From Chiloscyllium plagiosum (taxonomy: Eukaryota): 26,652 bases of DNA. A model generated the notes under the pieces. The model saw only the letters and a program-made list of their open reading frames with translations, searched no databases and was not told the origin of the DNA. The position numbers and the translations under genes were made by a program. The stretch is from positions 84,603,446 through 84,630,097 of the forward strand of contig NC_057718.1 in NCBI RefSeq assembly GCF_004010195.1, in the 5' to 3' direction. Below, piece by piece: positions 11,035-22,292 of this stretch (position 1 is its first letter; each line of letters begins with the position of its first letter).

Positions 11035-11995
11035 TAAAACAAGATACTGCATTTTGGAAATCAAATTTTAAAAATGCAGAAAATACTAAATTTAGCAACC
11101 TAGAAGGGGGATCCCTGTTTGTGTATCTGGTTGAATGCAACTTAAAGAACTAAATAACAGCACAAATGTATTGATTTTTATGATGCCAGGAATGGGGAGA
11201 GAGAAGATATGGGATTGGGTGAAGAATGTGAGAAATGAAATGGCAAAAATGTCATGAAACAAATAACAAAGGGGTGACAATGGTTGTGGAAAAGAGAAAG
11301 CATTTGTCTAAAGTCAGGTTCATAGCAACTCTGCAAAAGCACAGCATGTGGCAAATAAAATCAAAAGTGCAGGATAAATATCATGGTCTGTAACTGTTAA
11401 CTGTCCAGAGTTCAAAGGGATGTGAAGTTCCTAATTTGAAGGTTAAGGGACATTCCTTGAGTTTAAAATGAGCATTACTGGGACACTGCAGCAGGCAGAG
11501 TACAGAAATATGAGTGCGACCTGGGTGCTGCATCAATGTGGCACGCAACCAGAAACTTGCGTTTGCAAGCTGAAATGTTCTGTCAAATGGTCTCCCAATC
11601 TGTATTTGGTTCTCCTGAATGTAGAGAATGCATTGTGTGCGGTGAATACAATACACCATAGCATAAGTTGCATGAGTAAATTGCTGCTTCACCTGGAATG
11701 AGTATTTTGAATGGGGAGGAGTACATTCCTCAGTTGAGGATGGGAAGATCTATCAAGGAGCTGTTGTGGAAGGTCTGTCAGAATAGATCTAACACAGACC
11801 CAAGAACCAAGAGAATTGACTTGGAGCCTTATGGGACACACAGTTTGAGACCATGTAGTTGGTGAACTTAGCAAACAGCCTATCCCCAGAAATGGAAACC
11901 GAAAGTGGGAAAAGAACTTGCTGAAAATGAGTAATGGCAGGATAAGTCAGAAATTGGAAGCAAAATTGATAGATTTTGTGTTGTTCTTGAGAGCA
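11035..11995 (-). mobile_element. Old Penelope-like element fragment
   Basis: Minus-strand KQQFT...MVYCIHRTQCILYIQE..., LTFKLGTSHP (degenerate GIY-YIG C-terminus). Confidence 0.65.
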
Positions 11996-12486
11996 GGAAT
12001 CTGCACTTATGAATCTTATTATATGGCATTTTACAGCCAGTTTATTAAGATCAGTAACCAGTTTGATATTTGCATGTAGTGAAAATTTTAATTACAAGAA
12101 AAAATATAAATGACTTGTTTTCTCTTTGCATAGTTTCAGCTTGGGTTTGTATTTGATTTTCTTCGTGATTTGAATGTGAAGTTCTGTAAGCCAGACTATA
12201 TGACATCAATATTATTAGTAATATGCTAATCTTTGAAGCATTACACCCATACTTTAAATGCCCAATCACAGTTGAAATTCAATGGTTATTTAATTACTGA
12301 GAAAAATGTGATAGCTTGAATATTTTTATTTAATGTTGGTTACTATAAAGGCTGTTTTTATTTATGTAAGGAATTGGGAAAATTATGCTTTTTGAAGCAA
12401 AAGATTGTGCAAAGTGTTGCTTTTACAAAGTGCCATTTGGTATGCATTTGCCAATGATGTTTAAACTGCTATTTGTTGCGGTGGTT

Positions 12487-12557
12487 GCATTAGTGGTTCA
12501 GTGGTAAAATGGTACCCTGCCATGTGGCAGGCTTGGGTTTGATTCTCAGCAAATGCA
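12487..12557 (+). pseudogene. tRNA-Gly(GCC) pseudogene
   Basis: 71 nt collinear with the remembered vertebrate tRNA-Gly-GCC, about 15 substitutions. Anticodon loop CTGCCA is retained, B box GGTTCGA has become GGTTTGA, anticodon stem is broken, no CCA, and a T-run follows about 10 nt downstream. Confidence 0.85.
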
Positions 12558-12701
12558 TAGGACTCTTTTCCTTGCCTCCTTGGGGCTTGCTTGTGGTACA
12601 GGGTAGTAGGAGAAAGTGAGTACTGCAAATGCTGGAGATCAGAGTTGAGAGTTTGGTGCTGGAAAAGCATAGCAGTTCAGGCAGCTTGCAAGGAGCAGGA
12701 G

Positions 12702-12737
12702 AATTGACATTTCAGGCATAAGCCCTTCGTCAGGAAT
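12702..12737 (-). ncRNA. Hammerhead motif (family A), partly degenerate
   Basis: Minus strand AUUC-CUGACGA-A-GGGC-UUAU-GCCU-GAAAU-GUC-AAUU. Confidence 0.65.
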
Positions 12738-14292
12738 GAAGCTTGTGGGCCAGGGTGCTAAGAGATAAATGGGAGGGAGTGGGGTTGGGGGGGAAAGGAG
12801 CTGAGAATGCAATAGGTAGATGAAGGTGATAGGGTGGAGTGGGACAGATGGCAAAGACAATGGATAGGTTAAGAGGGCAGTGCTGAGAAGAGAAGCCCAC
12901 ATCTGGTGCAATGGATACAGTAGATGACATTTGTGGAGATGCAGATAAATTTGTTGGATGTGGAAGGATCCTTTGGGGCCTGAGATGGAGATGAGAGGGG
13001 AGGTTTGGGTGCAAGTTTTGCACTCCCTTTGGTGGCAGGGGAAAATGCCAGGAGTGGGCTGGAGGGGGTGTGGATCTGATAAGGTGTCGTAGAGGGAATG
13101 GTCTTTCTGGAATGCTGATGGGAGTGGAGAAGGAAATATATCCCTTATCTGTTTGCAGATGGTGGAAGTGGCAGAGGATGATGCGATGTGTACAGATATA
13201 GGTGAGGACTGGGGGCATCTGTTCTTGTTGCATTGAGTGATGGGGTTCAAGGGAGAAGATGGGCTGGAGGGCATCGTCAAACACATGGGAGGGGTAATTG
13301 CAGTCGTTGAAGAATGAGGCCATCTGGCATTTTCTTTGGTGGAACTGGTCCTCCTGGGAACAGATGAGATATCGGAATTGGGAATAAGGGATGGAGTTTT
13401 TACAGGAGGCAGGATGGGAAGAGGTGTAGTCCAGGTAGCTGTGGGAGTCCATGGGTTTGTAGTAGATGTCTGTGGTTAATTGGTCGCTGGGAGATAGATC
13501 CAGGAAGGGGAGGGAGGTGTCCAAGATGGTTCAGGTGAATTTGAGGTCAGGGTGAAAGGTGTTGGTGGAGTTGATGAACTATTGTGGGAGCATGAAGTAG
13601 CGCTGATAGTCGTTGATGTAGTGAAGGAAAAGGTGGAGGATGGTGACAGTGTAGCTGCGGGAGATGGATTGTTTCATGTACCTGACAAAGAGGCAGGCAT
13701 AACTGCAGCCCATGTGGCTGCCATGGCCACCCCTTTGGTTTGGAGGCAGTGGGAGTATTGGAAGGAGAATTTAAGGGTGAGGACCAGTTCAGCCAAATGG
13801 GTGAAGGTGTTAGTGGAAGGGTGCTTGTTGGGACGGCGTGAAAGGAAAGAAACGGAGGGCTTGGAGGCCTTTGTCATGGCGGATAGATGTGTACAGGGAC
13901 TGGATGTCCATGGTGAAGATAAGTCTTTCTTTGAGGTGGTGAAGGGCATGGGTGGTGTCCCAAACGTAGGTGGAGAGTTCCTGGACTAAGGGAGACAGGA
14001 CGGTGTCAAGGTACGCAGGGATGGGTTCAGTGGGACAGGAGCAGGCTGCGACAGCGGTTGGCCAGGGAAATCAGGCTTGCAAATCTACCGTAGGAGGTAG
14101 TATTGGGCAGTGTGGGGTTGCGGGCAGTGATTTAGGAGGCTGTGGGTAGGAGGTCCCCAGAGGTGATGATGAGGTTTTGGATGGTCTGGGAGATCGTTTG
14201 CTGATGGGCGGTGAGGTCATGGTCGATGGGGCGGTAGGAGGAATGTGAGAGTGGTGCCTAGTTTCAGCAGTGTAGAGGTTGGTTCTCTCTCT

Positions 14293-14462
14293 CTCTCACC
14301 CTCTCACCCTCTCACCCTCTCACCCTCTCACCCTCTCACCCTCTCACCCTCTCACCCTCTCACCCTCTCACCCTCTCACCCTCTCACCCTCTCACCCTCT
14401 CACCCTCTCACCCTCTCACCCTCTCACCCTCTCACCCTCTCACCCCCCCCCCCCCCCCCCCC
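14293..14462 (+). repeat. Perfect (CTCTCACC)x19 tandem repeat followed by C20
   Basis: 8-mer repeated over 14293-14444, poly-C at 14443-14462. Confidence 0.95.
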
Positions 14463-14497
14463 ATCGTCTGCTGGTTTGATGGTGATATTGAGGTTGA

Positions 14498-15838
14498 GTG
14501 GAGGCAGATCCAGTGGATGTAGCGTACCTGGACTTTCAGAAAGCCTTTGATAAAGTCCCACATAGGGGGAGGTTAGTGAGCAAAATTAGGGTGAATGGTA
14601 TTGGGGGCAAAGTACTGACTTGGATTGAAAATTGGTTGGCTGACAGGAAACAAAGTAGTGATAAACTGCTCCCTTTCGGAATGGCAGGCGGTGACCAGTG
14701 GGGTACCCCAGGGATCAGTGCTGGGACTGCAGCTTTTTACAATATATATTAATGATATAGAAGATGGTATTAATAGTAACATTAGCAAATTTGCTGATGA
14801 TACAAAGCTGGGTGGCAGTGTGAAATGTGACGGGTGCTCCGGTTTCCTCCCACAGTCCAAAGATGTGCAGGATCAGGTGAATTGGCCATACTAAATTGCC
14901 CATAGTGTTAGGTAAGGGGTAAATGTAGGGGTATGGGTGGGTTTCGCTTCGGCGGGTCGGTGTGGACTTGTTGGGCCGAAGGGCCTGTTTCCACACTGTA
15001 ATCTAATCTAATCTAATCTAATAATGTGGATAAATGTATGGTTATCCACTTTGGTAGCAAGAACAGGAAGGCAGATTACTACCTAAACGGAGTCATGTTA
15101 GGTAAAGGGGCAGTACAAAGAGATCTGGGTGTTCTTGTACACCAGTCAATGAAGGCAAGCATGCAGGTACAGCAGGTAGTGAAGAAGGCTAATAGCATGC
15201 TGGCCTTCATAACAAGAGGGATTGAGTGTAGAAGCAAAGAGGTTCTTCTGCAGCTATACAGGGCCCTGGTGAGACCTCACCTGGAATATTGTGTGCAGTT
15301 CTGGTCTCCAAATTTGAGGAAAGACATTCTGGCTGTTGAGGGAGTGCAGCGTAGGTTCACGAGGTCAATTCCTGGAATGGCGGGACTATCTTATGTCGAA
15401 AGATTGGAGCGACTGAGCTTGTATACCCTTGGGTTTAGAAGACTGAGAGGGAATCTGATTGAGACTTATAAGATTATTAAAAGGATTGGACACTCTCGAG
15501 GCAGGAAACATGTTTCCGCTGATGGGCGAGTCCCAAACCAGAGGACACAGCTTAAAAATAAGGGGTAGGCCATTTAGGACAGAGATGAGGAGAAACTTCT
15601 TCACCCAGAGAGTGGTGGGTGTGTGGAATGCTCTGCCCCAGAAGGCAGTGGAGGCCCAGTCTCTGGATTCGTTTAAGAAAGAGTTGGATAGAGCTCTCAA
15701 AGGTAGTGGAATCCAGGGTTATGGGGATAAGGCAGGAACAGGATACTGATTGAGGATGATCAGCCATGATCATAATGAATGGTGGTGCAGGCTCGAAGGG
15801 CAGAATGGCCTACTCCTGCACCTATTGTCTATTGTATG
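14498..15838 (+). mobile_element. CR1/HER1-like LINE, 5'-truncated, relatively young
   Basis: [68 protein letters not shown]; 3' tail CCTATTGTCTATTGT. Confidence 0.95.
14831..15022 (+). mobile_element. HE1-like SINE (V-SINE type), 5'-truncated, inside the CR1
   Basis: GGGTGCTCCGGTTTCCTCCCACAGTCCAAAGATGTGCAGG (V-domain) ... GGGCCGAAGGGCCTGTTTCCACACTGT followed by an (AATCT)n tail. Confidence 0.9.
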
Positions 15839-17042
15839 TTGCAAGGGTGGGCGGTTGGAGTGGGTAAGGGTGTTGGAGGGGGTAGTATCCTTGGACTGAG
15901 GGGCCTCTGTTCAAGATCAACCTGTTCCAGGGATGTGTATAACATCTCTGAACAGATTGATTAGGAAAATAGGTTAAATTAATAACTGCCAACTGTACAA
16001 CCATTGGGGGAGATTACTATAGATGAGCTGGAGCAGAGGGTGTGTACACAAATGGAGATTTTGGCAGCAAGTAACTGTGGAGTGGAGTGGTGACCAGTTG
16101 CATCTGACCAATTCCTCCTGTCTGTCCACAGCTGTGTGATTGTTCAACTGCTTGGGAGCCATCTTGTGGGTGTGAATGTTCAGGCAGAAAGTGTTGGACC
16201 TCAAAAGGCAGGAACTGTCAATTTCTTTATCCCTCCAGTAATAACATCTAAAGCTTGCAGGAAACCAGTTTGTTTTCCCTCATCAGTTACTGTAATCTGT
16301 GGCACTGTAAGGAGGTCAGAGACCTTTATTAAAAAAAGGTGTGAACCATTCACCCTGTGTCCTGTATGCAAGTGAATGTGTGCCTGGAGAAAAGATCCAG
16401 AAGCAACATTCTAATCAGCAAAGGAATTATCACGGCAAACCCTGTAATGAGGGATCTCCGAACAGCTTTCCCAGTATTTCCCCCTGACCGTGACACCCAC
16501 CTTTTTTCCTCTGTGTAGAGAATGTGTTTATAAAGAGCTTCGTTTTGACAAGTAGTTATGTTGATAGGTCATTACTGTTTCTGTACTTAAGAAAAACCTA
16601 TTTGTAATAAATAGTCAATGTTCCATGCTTTTTTGACAATTTAAATATATTTTAACTTTGTTTTTGGTAATAGTGGCTTGATCTTAAGCATACTAAAGTG
16701 AAGTGTGTAACACTAAATTTCATGTTTTTTTTAAAAACATTTATAGTTACGTGTATCATGAAGCTAAACTAATCAAAATGACAAATTGTTTCAAATGAAT
16801 GTTTGGGAGACCACAAGAATACCCAAGGATATATGAATGTTGATTTTCTTCTGATTTAAGATAGACAGTAATCACTAGTTCTGTACCTGAGCCAGAGTCA
16901 GATACTGGTTTTTCTTTCTGCTTAAAATCTGTTTGTGAGCCATGACTCTTGTATCAAAACAGAATGATCAAAGTTTGTGTAAAGATTTGTAGCTCGGGTA
17001 CTCCTTGTTGTGGTTCTGTTCACCGAGCTGGGAATTTGTGTT

Positions 17043-17082
17043 GCAGACGTTTTGTCCCCTGTCTAGGTGACATCCTCGGTGC
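17043..17082 (-). ncRNA. Hammerhead motif (family B), inactivated
   Basis: Minus strand GCA-CCGAGGA...GGGGAC-AAAAC-GUC-UGC has two core substitutions. Confidence 0.65.
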
Positions 17083-17412
17083 TTGGGAGCCTCCTGTGAA
17101 GCGCTTCTGTGATCTTTCCTCCGGCATTTGTAGTGATTTGAATCTGCCACTTCTGGTTGTCAGTTCCAGCTGTCCGCTGCAGTGGCCGGTATATTGAATT
17201 CGACTGGGACAACAACACTATTATAGGACAAGCCAAACCGAGAACAGCCAGGAAATTCCTAGAGGCATGGCACTCATCCACAGATTCAATCAATAAGCAC
17301 ATATACCGGACACTGCAACGGACAGCTGGAACTGACAACCGGAAGCGGCAGATTCAAACCACGACAAATGCTGGAGGAAAGATCACAGAAGCGCTTCACA
17401 GGAGGCTCCCAA

Positions 17413-17452
17413 GCACTGAGGATGTCACCTAGACAGGGGACGAAACGTCTGC
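17413..17452 (+). ncRNA. Minimal type I hammerhead ribozyme motif (family B), intact core
   Basis: Helix I GCA/UGC; CUGAGGA (17416-17422); stem II GUCACC-UAGACA-GGGGAC (one mismatch); GAAAC (17442-17446); GUC (17447-17449). Confidence 0.85.
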
Positions 17453-19006
17453 AACACAAGTTCCCAGCTTGGCGAACAGAACCACAACAAAAACAGAATG
17501 ATATATCAACCAGTTGAATAAACTATTTGATTCTTGACATGTTGGTGTATTGACTTACTTACAATATAATATTGTTTCAGAGGAATCTTTGATTTAGATT
17601 TGCCTTGTGCTGCTCAGGAACATTAGGTTTTAGACACTGAAGGGCTGAGCTGTGCAAACAACTGATTTACGTGATGTGCCATCATTTAAGAGGTTTAGGG
17701 ATTTACTACCACAATTGTATTAGTTATAAAATAATAGAGCCACTCAACTTGATATATTTTTAAGTTAGTTCAGTGTGACTGTGCAGGACAAATCATTTTG
17801 AAGTACCATCCTTTTATACATTTTTGTCAAAAATGCAATATCTTAAAAATTGTAATGCTGAAATACCAATAATTAAAAGCCAAACTGAGATACTTTTTAA
17901 GAGGTTCTGTCCAACAAAACTATTTTAATGCATGCAAATATACATTTTGACGAGGGTATTTGATCACAACATTTTAAAAGGTTTTCAAAAGTACAGCTAA
18001 TTGTCATTCAAATGTTAAAAAGATTTTAAAAAGCAAAACATGCCCTTCAATTTTGCTCTGTTCACTAACTATTATTTATTTTAAAGTAATTTGTTTAAAT
18101 AAAATGGTAGTCAAGATTTAGACCATCGTTCATGCTGGCACTTAATATGCTACCTTGGTTAGCTACACTTGACTGCATAGTTTACTGACCACCAACATCC
18201 ATGTAAAATTATAACATGGGTAGAACATAATGGCCTTTGAGCCTGCTCTGCCATTCATTTAAAGTCTTGGAATTTATACTACTTCCTGTTTCATTCTTTT
18301 ATGAATGTCTGTCTCTGAACACAGTATTCAAATGTTTTTCACCATTTAAAAAACTTGCACTCAATTAGTAAGAATAGAAAATTAAAAACCTTCCTTGCAT
18401 ATACAGCATTCTACAGGGAGTCCATTTTAAATTGTTAAAGTAAGCTCTCTTAAAACTATTTTTTACCTTGTAGTTGCTTCTCACTTTAAAGTTGGTGCTT
18501 TATTTCCTTTTTGTCCTTATTTTGAATGCCACTTTCAATGTTAACATCCTTTTTACTACTTGTTGCCTCATGTCACTTGTCAGCAGCAAGGCCTTTTGAT
18601 TCTGCTAGAGTTGGGACTGTTTGACCTTTATTCGCAATCTATTTTTAAAAAATAACTGAGCTGTGGTATAAACTTGGATATAAACTTTGTCTTTTTATTT
18701 CTCTATGCATCCATGTGAGTTTAGTGTAGCTGAGAAGCCATTTTTTTAAACTGTACCACTGATACATTAGCTGAGGAATTTGTACTGTACTATCTTTTGT
18801 AAAAAAAAACTTTACAAGCAGAAGGCCTGCTTTCTCTGGAATTTTCCATGTTTTGCAAGTTACTTTAGCTACGAATACATGCTGTATATAGAATGGTTTT
18901 TCAATACTTACATTTGCTTTTCTGGACAAAAATTGCTTTTGGGAACCGAACTTAGCTTTAACATTGAATTTCACAGGAAACCATGCTTCATTTAAAATTG
19001 TTTCAT

Positions 19007-19296
19007 CTAAATTAGATTGGATTCCCTACAGTATGGAAACAGGCCCTTCAGTCCAACAAGTCCACACCGACCCTCCAAAGAGTAGCCACCCATTCCCCTA
19101 CCCTGACTAATGCACCTAACACTATGGGCAATTTAGTATGGCCAATTCACCTAACCTGCACATCTTTGGATTGTGGAGAAAACCCTCAGACACTGAGAAT
19201 GTGCAAACTCCATGCACAGTCACCTGAGGCCGGAATCTAATCCGGGTGCCTGGCGCTGTGAGGCAGCAGAGCTAACCACTGATCCACTGTGCTGCT
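19007..19296 (-). mobile_element. HE1-like SINE, near full length
   Basis: Reverse complement of the 14831-15022 SINE plus a tRNA-derived head (minus strand CAGTGGTTAGC...GCTGCCTCACAGCGCCAGG). Confidence 0.88.
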
Positions 19297-22161
19297 CCAA
19301 GTCATTATTTAAAGTAATTATTTTTCAGGATTGTAATTTTCAAAGAGGATACTCTCCTTGCTTCACCTATTATATTATTGTTCATTCTTAAACTGCCTGT
19401 TTCCAACAGCTTTACTACTTGAGCTTGCTTTTCCCTTCACTTTAATTTGTCAGCAAACATGTGCTGCCTTCAAAGTGGCAAGTATGAGGCACTAACAATG
19501 GTCCTGAGGGCACTCCACTTGTATACCTTTATTTCTCTACTTACTCCACTTTTCTACTTTCTGCTTCTCTGCCTCTTAGTTGCAAGCTGACAGTTGCAAT
19601 TCAATTTTAATGCACTGCAGTTCTTTTTCCTTTTTGTTTCTTTCCCTGAGTGTATGAGTGAACAAGAAAACATCTAGGAACACTACTAGAGCCACTTCGT
19701 TGTGGCCTTTTAATTGTCTTCACCCTTGCACCTGCAACTACATTTACTGAACTAGTAATTTTATACCTTGAAAGTATTATCACATCAGCATAATGTGTCA
19801 GATGACAAAATGGTGCACAGCCTTTACAAGGAAAAGGCATATGCAAATTATTGTGAATCACATCATAAGATGTGCTAACATGAACATTCTTTGTCCTATT
19901 TGAAGTTATTACTTCATACTTTTGTTTTCTCGACAAAAGCTGTGCAGCAGGGGTATAGGTGCTTAGAATCCTGTAAACTTGGCATGTTTATATTTTTTGA
20001 TTAAACACGTGGTCCAACTGTCCTGATCAGTGTCTAAGCTATAGTGTCTGATGCTGTCAGTCAGAAAAGTTTATGGCTGAAATTTTAATGCAGTGTCCTA
20101 AAAACTAAATGTTAAAGTCCATGCAGAGATCCAAATGGAAGCATTAGCTATCATATTTTAAATCTTAAATCCTGGCCTAAATGTTTCAGTGGATGAATGT
20201 GAAAAGGTGAGGTGAGTGATTGGGATTCTACTCCATGGGCAAGTTAAATGAGGAACCTTTTGGGTAAATAACATTGACTTGTCCATAGTTTCTGACTCAG
20301 ACTCTGAAAGGGTCCTAAGGTGCAGTGTGATTGTTCAGAAACACTAAGTTCCACATGTAAATCAGGGCATCCTAATCTGGTCTCTGACTTATTTCTGAAC
20401 TAAAAGGACAAACTTTGAAATCATTCCTCACATAATGTTGTCTGTCTGTTTTGGGGAGGTGGGGGAATTAAATAAAATGGAACACTTTTTAAGAGGAAAA
20501 ACTGAGCAGGTCAGACATTTGTAGAGAGAGGAACCATTATCGTTTGATCTTCTATCAAAACTGGAAAACATTGGAACCCATGCCATGCATTCTTCACTGG
20601 AAAGGAGGGAATATTTGGAACCAAGAAACTTGGCATGTTCTCAACCTTTTTCCTTATACTTCCAATGAAACCTGAGGTGCTGTACTTCCCTCTTTTAATT
20701 AGGCACATTACAGCTTCTGAACTCTGCCCTTTTTTTAATGGCTGCTGTTCTAGCTTTTCTCATTGCATCCAGACCCACTTGTTTTTATCCGATAATCAGC
20801 ATACTTTTCCCTGCACCTTGATTATTTTCATCATTAATAATCTTTTTGCATTCCATCCTGTATGCCTTTCCCTATTGTTTCTTCACATGCTCACCCACCC
20901 CTTTTAAATAAAAGCCTTCCTTTAAAATCTGCTGATCTTTACAACTTTTTCACCTCCCTCACCCGCCTCATCCAAACTGCTATGCCCAATGAGTACTTCC
21001 GTCAGATTCTGTTTTTCAGATTTTCAGCAGCTCTAAAACTTCAATGAAGGTTCTACCAGTTTGGGTAGCGTCATCTTTGAACACAGGTGAATGAACTTGA
21101 CCCAGAGTTGCCTTTCCTGTCTATACTATATACAGCAAAAATTTTATAATCCTGCACCTCTGGAGCCAAGAGTGTGCTGATTAATCAAATATACTGAATG
21201 ATCACTGGAAAATCACTAGAAACGTAATGCGGGGGTATACACATTGCTGTGTAATTTATTTACTGTAAATAATTTTAAATGAAATGTTGCCTGACACAGA
21301 ACTTGTCAGTAGAGCACCTTCTCACTTGCAAATGACTACTCTGACATCGTGAGGATTGTGACAATAAGTAGACTTCCTGTATTTAGGTATATGCCTATTG
21401 TCCATTTATCGAAGGTGCTGGTTAAAATGGTTTGCACTTTTATATACTGAAGCATGGATTTTATTTTTTAAACTCAACAGAACTCTAGTTTGTGTAGCAG
21501 TTTGCTGTAGTTGTGAGCAATAACACAATGGCTAAAGATAAGTTAAATTCTATTTTCAAAACAAAAGTGAACTTTTGCATATTGAATCAATAAATAAAAT
21601 CTTTACATTTACCTCCCATCTGATTTTGATTTTTTTTCTTAAATGTGACTTGATTTGAACTGTTGAATAGTCCATGAATTCCTTTCCTCATGCACTTTGT
21701 AGTAGTTGAAACCGTTGAAATTAAACTTAAATGTTAAGTTTAATTCTGCAGGGCGTGTTTTTGAATTTCAAGTTGAAGATAGTACTGCTTTTGCATCTAA
21801 AAGCAATAAAAACTAATATTGTGAAAAATTAGATCTTATTTGTACAGTCTCTATTGTTCCTTGGTAGCAATTGGTTAATGAAGACATCAAGTCAGTTCAC
21901 TTTTTTATAATAAATTACTCCCATTTACAGTACTCTTGTTCTTGGGCTTCTAGTTTCCTCTGCACAGACTGTGAACTCAAGGTGAACTTGCTGGACCTTT
22001 CAGGTTGATAGAAACAGAATCTCTATTGTTATAGTGCAGGAGGGGGGCATTCAGCTCATCTTGTCTGCAAAGGCTGTCTGAGAGAGCAACTTGCTTAGTG
22101 CCATTCTCATGCTTTCTCAACTCTGCACATGTGTTCTTGTTAGATGGCTACAATAATGCAT

Positions 22162-22197
22162 ATTCCTGATGAAGGGCTTTTGCCTGAAACGTTGATT
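22162..22197 (+). ncRNA. Hammerhead ribozyme motif (family A), core intact
   Basis: AUUC-CUGAUGA (22166-22172), A, GGGC-UUUU-GCCU, GAAAC (22186-22190), GUU, GAUU. The closing pair of stem II is G-U rather than G-C. Confidence 0.75.
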
Positions 22198-22292
22198 TTC
22201 CTGCTCCTCGGATGCTGCCTGATCTGCTGTGCTTTTCCAGCACCATTCTAATCAAGACTCTGGTTTCCAGCATTTGCAGTCCTTGTTTTTAC
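22162..22292 (+). mobile_element. Solo 131-bp PLE family A terminal-repeat insertion with 14-bp TSD
   Basis: CTACAATAATGCAT at 22148-22161 and 22293-22306; the insert begins at the HHR motif. Confidence 0.9.

Larger units (their letters stand above)
12606..14500 (-). mobile_element. Penelope-like element family A, RT plus partial endonuclease and terminal repeat, decayed
   Basis: Minus-strand [68 protein letters not shown] (PLE RT/thumb); terminal repeat at 12606-12737. Confidence 0.9.
16969..17489. mobile_element. PLE family B inverted terminal-repeat insertion with 13-bp TSD
   Basis: Inverted arms 17005-17194 and 17301-17490 (190 bp) with a 106-bp spacer of PLE coding sequence. AAAACAGAATGAT is repeated at 16956-16968 and 17490-17502. 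Confidence 0.9.

Noticed and set aside
12487..12557. Functional tRNA-Gly gene
   Set aside because: The anticodon stem pairing and B box are disrupted.
12730..13949. Intact autonomous PLE ORF
   Set aside because: RT motifs are scattered across frames with frameshifts and deletions.
14245..14550. [14 protein letters not shown] protein, or a CRISPR/telomeric array
   Set aside because: It is the translation of an 8-bp tandem repeat, with no spacers and no TTAGGG unit.
15840..16480. Continuation of the PLE 5' region beyond the CR1
   Set aside because: Composition is suggestive near 15850-15900, but no clear protein motif or TSD supports it.
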